Assembly: GCA_963815205.1 (NCBI GenBank)
Contig: CAWFFP010000003.1
Coordinates: 123,984 to 187,983 of the forward strand
From: an uncultured Verrucomicrobiae bacterium
GTDB lineage: Bacteria > Verrucomicrobiota > Verrucomicrobiia > Verrucomicrobiales > Akkermansiaceae
DNA length: 64,000 nucleotides
Direction: 5' to 3'
This document shows positions 43,598 to 53,389 of this stretch, in pieces. Within the stretch, counting starts at the first letter, position 1. Every line of letters starts with the position of its first letter. Made by a program: the position numbers and the translations under genes. The notes below the pieces were generated by a model that searched no databases, was not told where the DNA came from, and saw nothing but the letters and a program-made list of their open reading frames with translations.

Positions 43598-44599
43598 CTA
43601 TGAGGCTGCAAGCCGTCCAAGTTCCTTGGCAACTAAGATCAAGGTCTCGCGAACCCCCGGCCTAAAAGCTCCGGCGGTTTGAACAGCAAGAATCGCCTCC
43701 CCACCACGGATGAATTCAATGGTGGTTGTCCCGGTGGAAATTTTGAGCGGCGCGTTGGTGGAGTCAAAACGCTGACAGATATGATTCAACTGTTCGATAG
43801 CCCTTATCTCTGAATCGCTAAGCTCGGATAATGTAACTATCCCCGGTAGACTCTGAGACCGATGGAGGATTTCTTGACGCGTCAGCTCGTCTTCTACTCC
43901 GAATACCGCTCTTAGCTCAAGCTGTCTCAATTCGGTATCGTCAGAATGGGCACAGCGGTCACCACCGAGATAACTCCCGAAATCTTCAGATTCTCCATTA
44001 GAATTTTCTTGTGGGTCAAGCATCCATCCATATTCGGCTTTTGACGATGCGTTCGATGGCGTTCGCAGTTTTTCAACCAAAGGACTCCTACCGTTTTGAT
44101 GGGAATTATTCGAAGTGAATGCCTCAAAATGACCATCTACGGACGGTTCACTACCGGCTACAGGCATTTGTAATTTTTCGCTTTGGTAATGTTGTCGGGG
44201 CTCCCGTTTCAAATTCAAACTTAGAAAGGGCGATTCTGGTCCTGAGGGATTATCTACTGGGGCCAACGAGCCAAAGGCGGATTCAGCCTCATTTGATTCA
44301 AAACCGAAATCTTGTTCATCGGCAAATCGCGGTTCCGAAATTTGGAACGGCGAAGAACTGCTATTCTTACGCTGAGGAATCTTTGGCGTCGAGGTCTTGC
44401 CCAGATCCCCCGTTGCGGCAATGAATGGCGACTTCGGGGCATTCGTTGAATCCTTTCCTACACCCTCGTTTTCATGAACAAAAGGACTCTCCAAACCCTG
44501 CTGTGGGGCGATCTTGAATGGAGATTCGGCCTGGTTCCCTCGCTCAGGATCGTCCTGATCTGGAGAATAGTTCTCAAAAATGTTTTTCGAATCGCTCAT
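43598..44599 (-). CDS. hypothetical protein with a repeated (E/K/S)SPF motif in a disordered N-terminal half and a compact C-terminal domain
   Basis: Five SPF motifs (AESPF, LESPF, PKSPF, SSSPF, PESPF). I could not recognise the C-terminal ~110 aa; it may be Roadblock/LC7-like. Confidence 0.5.
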   Translation of the reverse strand: MSDSKNIFENYSPDQDDPERGNQAESPFKIAPQQGLESPFVHENEGVGKDSTNAPKSPFIAATGDLGKTSTPKIPQRKNSSSSPFQISEPRFADEQDFGFESNEAESAFGSLAPVDNPSGPESPFLSLNLKREPRQHYQSEKLQMPVAGSEPSVDGHFEAFTSNNSHQNGRSPLVEKLRTPSNASSKAEYGWMLDPQENSNGESEDFGSYLGGDRCAHSDDTELRQLELRAVFGVEDELTRQEILHRSQSLPGIVTLSELSDSEIRAIEQLNHICQRFDSTNAPLKISTGTTTIEFIRGGEAILAVQTAGAFRPGVRETLILVAKELGRLAAS

Positions 44600-44782
44600 A
44601 TCCTTACCTAGCGACGCAACTTAGGCCGCGTCAAATTCGAAAACCAGGATGTAGGTCTTGGCTTTTCTCCCAAAGACGAAGCTGACCAATAACGAAGATG
44701 CCTCTAATGTGATTTGATAGCTGGCCAAAACGCGGACGGGGCCTAGCGCTACCAAAAATGGATCATTTCCAGCAGATCCAAA

Positions 44783-45325
44783 CTATAGGGCGAGCCTCCG
44801 CATCCGATTCTTCACCCTGACTTTCGCGACCGCTGGCAGCCGGTCGATAAACAGAATTCCGTTTAGATGATCGATCTCATGTTGAAGGGCGCGAGCTAGC
44901 AGTCCATCTGTTTCCAAAATCATTTCTGTGCCGTCGAGTTGTGGCAGGATTGCTTTAAGCTCAGCAGGCCGTTTTACCTCACTTCGAATCCCCTGAATAC
45001 TTAAACAACCTTCTAGATCGATTTCTTTCTCTTCACTTGGCTCTACTTTTGGATTGATAAAAACCAGCGGTGAAATCTCACTCAAGGTCGCCTCTTTCCC
45101 ATTGACTCTTAAATAGGAGATACATCCTTCATCGTGCGACACGTCGACGACAGCGAGCTGCAGATCAATCCCCACTTGTGGAGCCGCTAGGCCGACGCCG
45201 TTTGCGTCGCGCATCGTCTCAATCATATTGTCTACCAATGCCTTCGTTTCTTTGTCCACTCTTTCAACCTTTCGGCAAACTTGCCTAAGAATCGGATCGC
45301 CATATTGAACGATTGGTAAAATCAT
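44783..45325 (-). CDS. def: peptide deformylase
   Basis: GVGLAAPQVG, EGCLS and HEIDHL motifs. The start was taken at MILPIVQYGDPILR inside ORF 44783..45361. Confidence 0.9.
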   Translation of the reverse strand: MILPIVQYGDPILRQVCRKVERVDKETKALVDNMIETMRDANGVGLAAPQVGIDLQLAVVDVSHDEGCISYLRVNGKEATLSEISPLVFINPKVEPSEEKEIDLEGCLSIQGIRSEVKRPAELKAILPQLDGTEMILETDGLLARALQHEIDHLNGILFIDRLPAVAKVRVKNRMRRLAL

Positions 45326-45435
45326 ATTCAGACAATGCCTGCCTGTGGTTGATCCTGCCAATCAAGAAACTGAGCAAAGCAGAAAATCTCTAGCCCTCTC
45401 TTGACGTCTAATCAGAACCGTCGCAGTTTCTTCCC

Positions 45436-45756
45436 ATGGCTAAAAATCTTACCGAAGACAATTTTCAAAGCGAAGTCATTGATTCAGAACTACCTGTCTT
45501 AGTGGACTTCTGGGCAGAATGGTGTGGACCTTGCAAAATGATCAGCCCGATCCTTGACCAACTTTCTACCGATATTGAGGGCAAGGCTACAATTGGCAAA
45601 GTCAACGTCGATGAAGCACGGGATCTAGCTGTAAAATACAATGTGAAGTCGATTCCACTGCTGCTGTTTTTCAAAAATGGTGAAGTGAAAGATCAGATTG
45701 TCGGCGCGAATATCACCAAAGAGCAGCTCAAGGAGAAGCTTCTAGCGCTGGCTTAA
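45436..45756 (+). CDS. trxA: thioredoxin
   Basis: 106 aa with the WCGPCK active site. Confidence 0.92.
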   Translation: MAKNLTEDNFQSEVIDSELPVLVDFWAEWCGPCKMISPILDQLSTDIEGKATIGKVNVDEARDLAVKYNVKSIPLLLFFKNGEVKDQIVGANITKEQLKEKLLALA

Positions 45757-45788
45757 AAGGCGATCCGCCATCTATCAGAGGAAGAACA

Positions 45789-45815
45789 CCATCCCACTTT
45801 TCGGATGGCTTTTTT
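45789..45815 (+). terminator. rho-independent terminator after trxA
   Basis: ccatcc-(8 nt)-ggatgg followed by cttttttc. Confidence 0.7.
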
Positions 45816-45850
45816 CGAGCCCATCTACCGCACCGAGCTCTTAATTTTTC

Positions 45851-46739
45851 ATGTCATTTCAACCTCTACTTTCAGGTTTCGCCGACGAAGCCTCCCGCGA
45901 TCTCACGAAACAAATACAGGCTACCAAAGAAATCGGTTGGGATGCGATCTCACTGCGGACGATTGGTCCGAATAACGTTCACGAAATGCCGGAGGGTGAA
46001 TTTGAAGCTGCCGCAGATGAGCTCGACGCAGCGGGGATTCAGGTTCCAGAGCTGGGATCCACAATCGGGAACTGGGGGAAGAAAATAAGCTCTGATTTTC
46101 GCATCACACTCGCTGAGATCGATCGAGCGATCCCTCGGATGAAGCGGTTAAAAATTCCGATTGTCCGCGTTATGTCCTATGCACAAGAGCCGTGGGGTGA
46201 AGATCAGCAGGAGGCCGAACGATTCCGACGTCTGCGCGAGATTTCGGATCGCTTCAATGACGAAGGGATCACACCGGTTCATGAAAATTGTATGAACTGG
46301 GGAGGCTTCTCAGCTGATCATACGCTGCAATTAATCACGGAGGTCCCGGGACTTAAATTGAGTATTTGATACAGGGAACCCGGTATTTCAGTTAGATCGT
46401 TCTGCTCCTAGAGACAATGGCACCTATCCGTGGCAAGATTCATTCGACTTCTGGAACAAGATGAAAGCTCATGTCGCGCATATTCACATCAAAGACTGCC
46501 AGAACCCTCTTTCAGGGGAAACCGAACCAGAGTATACGATGCCCGGTCTTGGTCTGGCAAAAATTAAAGAAATTTTGGCTGATGCGAAGGCGATCGACTA
46601 TTCAGGAGCGATTGCGATCGAGCCACATGTAGCCACCGTTTTTCACACAGCTGATCCAACAGATGTGGATTGGGATGAATGTTATCGGTCTTATGTAGAA
46701 TACGGAAAAGCCTTCAAATCTCTGCTTCAAGGCGTTTAA
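45851..46739 (+). pseudogene. sugar phosphate isomerase/epimerase (xylose isomerase-like TIM barrel), frameshifted near 46360
   Basis: ORF 45851..46369 ends ...GLKLSI*. The next frame reads VFDTGNPVFQLDRSAPRDNGTYPWQDSFDFWNKMKAHVAHIHIKD and continues into ORF 46461..46739. The junction reads aaa ttg [a] gta ttt gat. Confidence 0.75.
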
Positions 46740-47830
46740 CAAGCCCTAGGCAACGAGGCCCCGGCATTACCGTCAGCTCCATCTGATTCATCGCATAGCC
46801 AAAGGATATCCCGGAATCAGGATCGCCGAAGCCATGGCTTCCGCCAGCTCCCGGATGCCCGAATGCATTTAGCGAGCGATCCAAATAGGGATCTGCTTTT
46901 CTGTCCAGCCTCATCCAGTGGGTCCATCTGGCAGCCGTTTGTGAAGGCCATTTCTCGCAGAAGGACTTTGTCCCGCTTCTGGGTCACTAGAGAACCTAGC
47001 GCGGAACTTGTATTGCCTGAAAGCATACTTGGGATCGCACCGATCGCCACTTGATAGAATTTTGCCAAGCCACTAGCGCTTCCTACCCCACCCATCGCGG
47101 GCAGTCCGGCTGCCCATGTTCTTGCCTCATTCATTTCACTCACCGCATGAAGACCGCGGGGCGAAGAGAATGCGCGTCTTGTCAAGCTACCCGGTTTCGA
47201 AAACTCAGCGTAGAATTCCTGATCTGTCTGGTTCTGAGTGGCTTTGCCGGGCACAAGGTGTGCGACCCGGTTCCATTCGGTTTCTGGAAGTCCGATCCAA
47301 AAATCAATTCCGAGTGGTTCCGCAATCTTTATCCGCCAAACCTCTCCCAAAGCTTGCCCGGTGAGCTGCCGAACGCATTCATCGAGCAGGAAGCCGAATG
47401 TTCTCGGATGATAGCCTAGCCCTTGTCCGGGCAACCACTCGGGAATTGTGCCCTCAATCGCATTAATCACATTGTCGTAATCAAACACATCTGCCCCTTC
47501 ACCTAGCGCCGCCAAGCCGCATTGGTGGGAAAGCAAATCGCTAAAGGTGGCGTTTTTGACGGGGAAGTTTCGCCAAACTTCGCTCACCGAAGTCGAGATT
47601 CCTAGCCCCTTTGTCTCCAGAACATGCAGCAAGGTGGCAGCGGCAGGGCCTTTCGTCGCCGAATAGACCGGGATAATTGTGTTCTTTGTCCACGCACGTC
47701 TCCGCTCACGCTCACAAAAGCCATCCGCTAGAGAAAGAATCTCTTCCCCATTTTGCCAGACACTTACGCCCGCCCCTAGCTCATTGCGAAGTGAAAAATT
47801 CTCATCAAAATATTTCCGCAATTCATCCAT
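46714..47830 (-). pseudogene. beta-lactamase-family serine hydrolase, frameshifted near 46.9 kb
   Basis: The SxxK motif is YSATKG. The conserved C-terminal block FGHPGAGGSHGFGDPDSGISFGYAMNQM is in a different frame (ORF 46714..46914) from the N-terminal 300 aa (ORF 46817..47830). Confidence 0.75.
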
Positions 47831-49061
47831 TTGTAGTTACCCTTTGAAAAGGTTCTCTGGTCCATTCTTCACCCAGCCGGAAAGCTACCGCGAGCACCGC
47901 TGGGCCGAGAAACAGACCAACCAAGCCGAAGGCGACTGCCCCGCCGATCAAGCCCAAGAACATCAGAGCAAAAGGCATTTTGTTCCCATGACTTACCAAC
48001 ATTGGTCGCAAAAAATTATCGATACTGCTGATTGCGAAAGTGCCCCAAATTAACATAAAGATTCCCCATCCGACCTGACCCCCGGTGAAAAGCCAAATTG
48101 CTGCACCACCCCAGATTAGCACCGGACCAAATGGCACGACAGCCAGAACAAAAGTCAAAGCCCCAAGGAGAACCGCGCCCGGCACGCCGGCGATGAAACA
48201 GCCAAACCCGGCCAACAGTGCCTGCGCAGCGGACGTTCCGAGGTATCCGTAGATAACTCCATTTACCGTTTGCCCAGCTACTTTCAAAAGTCTTTGACCT
48301 CGTGCGCCAGCGATCCGTTGAGTCGCTACCTGAATCCTAGCTGCAAGCTTTGGCGCGTCTTTTAGAATAAAAAACACCAGAAAAAGGCTGATGACCAATT
48401 GGGTAATCCCTTTCGCAAAAATTCCAGCGACCCATATTAGTGACTTCCGTAGGCCTTCAGCGATCTGTGCCATGGCCCCTCTCAGGTCTTCAATTTCTCC
48501 GTCCTCGCCTGTTGTGTCTATCTCCCCTATTCTAGCTTCGCTCGGATCTGCGTCCGCATTGCCCTCACCGGAAGCCTCGCTTGATCTTCCATCTTGGATT
48601 CCGTCTCGGACCATCCATTCGTCGCGTTGCTCGATTATCCTACGCCAGATCACATTGGTATCTTGCCCAATGAATGGAAGCTGTCCGAGCCAAGGTGGCG
48701 CGCTGCGTGGCGCTTCCATGACTTCTTCTTTTACGGTCTCACCGAGCTTCTGAGCATCGTCCACTAAGCTCAGCCCGAGAAGCCCGAGCGGCACTAAAAC
48801 CAGCAATACTGCTGAGGTAGTCACTGCAAATGCGGCCAAGCTATTCCTGCCTCCGAAGCATCTGCTGAGGAACTTCTGAGCTGGATATAAGATAATACCT
48901 AACACAACCGCCCACATCAGCGCGGGAGCGAACGGTCTCACGATCAATACGCATAGGATTCCTAAAAGGATTAGCGCGGCCAAACCGAGAATCCGCTCCA
49001 TCTTAGGCATATGGCGGGCGCTGCTGATGTTAGAGTTTGTCTTGCTCATTGCTTCATCCAT
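47823..49061 (-). CDS. AI-2E family transporter (PerM/YhhT-like)
   Basis: A multi-TM protein with a central acidic loop and a C-terminal FLRP...G motif region. Confidence 0.75.
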   Translation of the reverse strand: MDEAMSKTNSNISSARHMPKMERILGLAALILLGILCVLIVRPFAPALMWAVVLGIILYPAQKFLSRCFGGRNSLAAFAVTTSAVLLVLVPLGLLGLSLVDDAQKLGETVKEEVMEAPRSAPPWLGQLPFIGQDTNVIWRRIIEQRDEWMVRDGIQDGRSSEASGEGNADADPSEARIGEIDTTGEDGEIEDLRGAMAQIAEGLRKSLIWVAGIFAKGITQLVISLFLVFFILKDAPKLAARIQVATQRIAGARGQRLLKVAGQTVNGVIYGYLGTSAAQALLAGFGCFIAGVPGAVLLGALTFVLAVVPFGPVLIWGGAAIWLFTGGQVGWGIFMLIWGTFAISSIDNFLRPMLVSHGNKMPFALMFLGLIGGAVAFGLVGLFLGPAVLAVAFRLGEEWTREPFQRVTTNG

Positions 49062-50035
49062 TGTGCGACGTCTTTGGCAAAATAGCTTAAGATCATATCT
49101 GCCCCAGCTCGCCGTATTCCAATCAGGCTTTCCAAAACTACCTCCTTCTCATCGAGCCAGCCACCTTTGCAGGCAGCCTTGATCATCAAATACTCGCCAC
49201 TGACTTGATAAGCTGCCACAGGCACCTTTGCTTTGGCAGAAATTTTGCAGATCACGTCTAGATAGGCTCCGGCAGGTTTCACCATCACCACATCGGCGCC
49301 TTCCGCCTCATCAAGCGAGAGCTCTCGTATCGCTTCTTTTGAGTTTGCAGGATCCATCTGGTAAGTCTTTTTGTCCCCGTCCTTCGGGGCGGAGTCCAAG
49401 GCTCCTCTGAAAGGACCGTAAAAAGCCGAAGCATACTTCGCGGTATAGGCGACGATACCTACATTCTGATGGCCCTCATGATCGAGAGCCGCCCGGATTG
49501 CGCCAATTCTTCCATCCATCATATCTGAGGGAGCGACAAAATCCGCCCCAGCCCGCGCATGACATAATGCCTGAGCGCAAAGCACTTCGACTGTTTCATC
49601 GTTCAAGATCTCAAGCTCTCCACACGAATCTTTTCTGACAATCCCATCGTGGCCATCCGAACTATATGGATCAAGAGCCACGTCTGTAATCACACACACT
49701 TCTGGACAAGCCTGTTTGATCGCCAGGATTGCGGTTGGCACCAGGCCATCGTCATCCGCGCACCTTCCGCCGTCTGAGCTCTTTAATTGATCGTCTACCT
49801 TTGGGAAAAGCACAATGGCTTTCACTCCCAGCGCCGAGACTTCTTTTACCTCGCTCACTAAGCCTGACAAAGACCAGCGCATGCATCCTGGCATAGACTC
49901 GATTGCCACATCCTCTGCGTCCGCATGGAAAAACATAGGTAAGATCAGATCTTCGACATGAAGCTGTGTCTCTCGCACCAAACTACGGATTGCTTCCGTT
50001 CTTCGATTTCTCCTTGGGCGCAGCCGTAAGTCCAT
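49046..50035 (-). CDS. hemB: porphobilinogen synthase (delta-aminolevulinate dehydratase)
   Basis: RPRRNR, VMVKPAGAYLDV and YQVSGEY motifs. 329 aa. Confidence 0.92.
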   Translation of the reverse strand: MDLRLRPRRNRRTEAIRSLVRETQLHVEDLILPMFFHADAEDVAIESMPGCMRWSLSGLVSEVKEVSALGVKAIVLFPKVDDQLKSSDGGRCADDDGLVPTAILAIKQACPEVCVITDVALDPYSSDGHDGIVRKDSCGELEILNDETVEVLCAQALCHARAGADFVAPSDMMDGRIGAIRAALDHEGHQNVGIVAYTAKYASAFYGPFRGALDSAPKDGDKKTYQMDPANSKEAIRELSLDEAEGADVVMVKPAGAYLDVICKISAKAKVPVAAYQVSGEYLMIKAACKGGWLDEKEVVLESLIGIRRAGADMILSYFAKDVAQWMKQ

Positions 50036-50077
50036 GCGTCCACCCTATAAGCACGCGCTCGAGGCGCAAAACCTAAA

Positions 50078-50464
50078 TCATTCTGTCCTGCTGAGAGCTA
50101 CAGCATTTGCCGCAGCATAATCGCGGGCATGGGTCAGGCTAATCTGAATACGAGAAATTCCTATCTTCTGAAAATGTTTTTCCACCCTCTCGGTAAATTT
50201 TGCCTTAGGCGCTCCATTTTTTTCCCGCATCACTTCGATATCTAACCACCCAAGATCTTTGCAGATTCCCGTGCCGAGTGCTTTGGCGATTGCTTCCTTC
50301 GCCGCAAAACGCGCTGCATAGTGCATCGCCGGTCTCCGCTGTCGTTCACAGTATGCGCGCTCCTTCTCAGTGAAGATTTTCTCCACAAAAACAGCTCCTT
50401 GTCTCTCGATGGCGCCTTCAATCCGGTCCACCTCCACCACATCTATCCCGATCCCATAAATCAT
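50078..50464 (-). CDS. acpS: holo-[acyl-carrier-protein] synthase
   Basis: IYGIGIDVVEV.RI, FAAKEA..KA.G and SLTH motifs. Confidence 0.88.
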   Translation of the reverse strand: MIYGIGIDVVEVDRIEGAIERQGAVFVEKIFTEKERAYCERQRRPAMHYAARFAAKEAIAKALGTGICKDLGWLDIEVMREKNGAPKAKFTERVEKHFQKIGISRIQISLTHARDYAAANAVALSRTE

Positions 50465-50476
50465 CGTTTCAATCGG

Positions 50477-51232
50477 TTATTTCTTTAGCAGTTTCGTCAT
50501 CTGCCTAACTGCTTCTTCCATCCCTACCACCATCGCACGAGCGACAATACTATGACCGATGTTTAATTCTTTCAGGAAGGGAACCCCAGATACCTGCGAT
50601 ACGTTTGAATAATTGATCCCGTGCCCGGCATTGACCTGAATCCCGAGCTCATTCCCCAATCCCGAGCAGACTTCCAAGCGCCTTAGCTCAGTGCTTCTGT
50701 CTTTGCCTCCTCCATTCGCAAAGGCGCCGGTATGCAGCTCGATCATTTCGGCCCCGCAGCGATGTGCAGCTGCAACCTGGTTTTCGAGAGGATCGATAAA
50801 TAAACTCACCCGAATCCCTACTGCCTGCAGGCGCCGGACTGCATCGGCAATTGCTTTTTCATTTACTTCAACGTCCAGCCCGCCTTCGGTCGTCACCTCT
50901 TCCCGCGTTTCTGGCACTAAGCAGGCGAAATCTGGCTTCAGCTTCAGAGCGAGCGCCAGCATTTCTTCAGTCACCCCGAGCTCAAGATTCAGCGGCAGAT
51001 CCACCTCGTTTTGGATTCGAAAAACATCACTTTCCTGCATATGCCGCCGATCTCCCCGCACATGGACGGTGATAGAATCTGCTCCGCCCTTTTTTGCAGC
51101 AATTCCAGCAACGACTACATCTGGTTCCGCATTTGGCGATTCCCTCATCTGCGCATACCTAGCTTCTCGCAAAGTCGCTACATGGTCTAGATTCACTCCA
51201 AGTAAGATCACGTCATTTGTTTCCCTACTCAT
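50477..51232 (-). CDS. pdxJ: pyridoxine 5'-phosphate synthase
   Basis: LGVNLDHVATLR.AR, ITVHVRGDRRH, NAGHG.NY and ELNIGHS motifs. Confidence 0.92.
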   Translation of the reverse strand: MSRETNDVILLGVNLDHVATLREARYAQMRESPNAEPDVVVAGIAAKKGGADSITVHVRGDRRHMQESDVFRIQNEVDLPLNLELGVTEEMLALALKLKPDFACLVPETREEVTTEGGLDVEVNEKAIADAVRRLQAVGIRVSLFIDPLENQVAAAHRCGAEMIELHTGAFANGGGKDRSTELRRLEVCSGLGNELGIQVNAGHGINYSNVSQVSGVPFLKELNIGHSIVARAMVVGMEEAVRQMTKLLKK

Positions 51233-51294
51233 TGGCAGAGCCTAAGCTGGTCTAACTATTCCGAAAAGCGGGAATCTTTGTTTAATCTGCAAAG

Positions 51295-51663
51295 TCATAA
51301 GTTTCTAATAAAGCCCCAAGCGATCAATATCATGCCCAAGCATCCAGCGGCCCAGATCTGGGCCTTTCCGCTTGTCTGCGGTTCGGTGCCTTTCACCCAA
51401 GCAATCACTTTCAAACTAATCCATAGCATAGTAATCGGCAAAATGATCATGCCGATGACATTAAGCCTCACTGCTTCGCGGATGTCCCCGTTGAGTGCAG
51501 CCGTCGTTGACCGCGTCATGCCACATCCCGGACATTGATATCCGGACATTTCGCGAAATAGGCATCCTGGTATCCATCCAAGGCCCCCGGTCTGCCGAAG
51601 GGTGATTGCTAAGGTTATCAGAATCAAAATTCCAAAAGCCGCCCATAAGCCTCGTAGGAACAT
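51295..51663 (-). CDS. DUF2752-like small membrane protein
   Basis: CPGCGMTRS motif flanked by TM helices. 122 aa. Confidence 0.6.
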   Translation of the reverse strand: MFLRGLWAAFGILILITLAITLRQTGGLGWIPGCLFREMSGYQCPGCGMTRSTTAALNGDIREAVRLNVIGMIILPITMLWISLKVIAWVKGTEPQTSGKAQIWAAGCLGMILIAWGFIRNL

Positions 51664-51683
51664 TGCTTAAACAGAGTTTTTTA

Positions 51684-52229
51684 TTACGAAAATATAACTT
51701 CGCTGCAATCTTTGCGAGAACCGCCAAACCTGCTGTCTAAAAAGTCGAAGAGTTCTGTACGGTGTTTGAATCCACTCCTTGGTGCTTTCGTCCCATCCAC
51801 AGGACGCCGTGGCACTTCCTCACCCACCACATACACTCCTACGCCCATTGCCGCCACATCATTGATCAGCTCCGGGTCTCCGCTGCGGTCTGTCATAAAG
51901 ACATCCGCAAAGTCCAACACTGCCCGCTCTACCGCTGTTTGACCGCCTTTGACGTCAAAAGTGGTCAAGGCTACCTGCCGATAAATCTCCGCACCCTGCC
52001 AATCAATTTTCAGGCCTCCGTGGAACAGCACAAATCCAATTCGTAGGCTTACGCAGGATTCTAAAAGCTGGGCGTTTACCTTGCGATTCGGAGCATAGAA
52101 AACTGTGAGGCGCCCTCCCAGCTGTTGCTGCACTTTGCGCAACTCGGCCTTGTATTCAGCGACCTCGCACCCCTCCTCCCCAGCAAGGAAAGCCAAAATC
52201 TTATCTTCGCTAATACTTCCAATCGCCAT
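51684..52229 (-). CDS. hypothetical protein
   Basis: A 181-aa ORF with coding-like composition. I recognised no family. Confidence 0.4.
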   Translation of the reverse strand: MAIGSISEDKILAFLAGEEGCEVAEYKAELRKVQQQLGGRLTVFYAPNRKVNAQLLESCVSLRIGFVLFHGGLKIDWQGAEIYRQVALTTFDVKGGQTAVERAVLDFADVFMTDRSGDPELINDVAAMGVGVYVVGEEVPRRPVDGTKAPRSGFKHRTELFDFLDSRFGGSRKDCSEVIFS

Positions 52230-52317
52230 CGTATCAGTCCTGTTCTTCTCAGCGTTTCCTCAAAGAGCAATAAAGCTTCTCGTCCCTAAGCTCTACGATT
52301 AGGATTTCACTGATCTT

Positions 52318-53343
52318 ATGAAAAGCCTAATTTACCTCTCACTTTTGACCGCGTCTATTTCGTTTGGCAAAGAACCTGAAAAAACTGCTGGCCAAGTCGA
52401 ACAGGTCACAGCAGAAATGGCCACCGCAGCAAAAAAGTTTGTCTCAACCCTCACAGAAGAACAGAAAGCAGCTGCCGTTTTCCCCTTTCCTTCTGACGAA
52501 CGTGAGAACTGGGGATTCGTACCGCGCGAGCGCAGCGGAGTCCCTCTGAAAAATCTCCAAGCAGATCAAGTTCTGCTTGTTCGCGGGCTTTTGAAGACAG
52601 CTTTGAGTGATCCCGGGCTTACAAAAGTAGATACCATCATGGCTCTTGAAAGTTTCCTTGGTGAGATTGAAAAAAGGCCGGAATATCGCGATCCAGAAGC
52701 CTACTTCACATCCATTTTTGGAATTCCTTCTGCCACAGGCACATGGGGTTGGCGCTTTGAAGGCCATCATCTTTCACTGAATTACACGATTGTAGACGGC
52801 AAGAAGGTCTCGGTGACGCCTTCCTTTTTCGCGGCGAATCCAGGTGAAATAATGATCGATCATCCAATGAAGGGCACGCGGCCCTTGGCTGCAGAGGAGG
52901 ACCTCGCCCGCGCGCTCGCGGTTACGCTCAAAGAATCCGGGAAAGACCCGGTGTATTCAGAGAAGCCGCCCAAAGAAATACTCACTGCAGCGGATCGGAA
53001 GGCAAAACTACTGGAAGCAGTTGGCATCTCTTATTCCGAGATGACTCCAGCGCAGCAAGAAGCGCTCCTTAAGATCATCGAAGAGTTTGCCCATCGTCAC
53101 AGAGAGGAACTGGCAGAAGCCGATATAGAAGAGGCCAAAAAAGAAATGGATGGAATTCGCTTTGCATGGGCAGGGAGTCTACTCCGCAACAAACCTTATT
53201 ACTACCGCATTCAAGGGCAGACATTTCTGATTGAGGTTGCAAACGTTCAAAATAAAGGAAATCACATTCATGCTGTTTGGCGCGACCGGGAGAATGACTT
53301 CGGCCAAGACATCCTAGGCGATCATATCCATCACGATCACTAA
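52318..53343 (+). CDS. secreted DUF3500-family protein
   Basis: Signal peptide. WGWRFEGHHLSLNYT and the His-rich C-terminus resemble DUF3500, from memory only. Confidence 0.55.
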   Translation: MKSLIYLSLLTASISFGKEPEKTAGQVEQVTAEMATAAKKFVSTLTEEQKAAAVFPFPSDERENWGFVPRERSGVPLKNLQADQVLLVRGLLKTALSDPGLTKVDTIMALESFLGEIEKRPEYRDPEAYFTSIFGIPSATGTWGWRFEGHHLSLNYTIVDGKKVSVTPSFFAANPGEIMIDHPMKGTRPLAAEEDLARALAVTLKESGKDPVYSEKPPKEILTAADRKAKLLEAVGISYSEMTPAQQEALLKIIEEFAHRHREELAEADIEEAKKEMDGIRFAWAGSLLRNKPYYYRIQGQTFLIEVANVQNKGNHIHAVWRDRENDFGQDILGDHIHHDH

Positions 53344-53389
53344 TCAGATGGTCTTCCGCTACTAGGACGGTAAGAATAGAGTTCGATTT

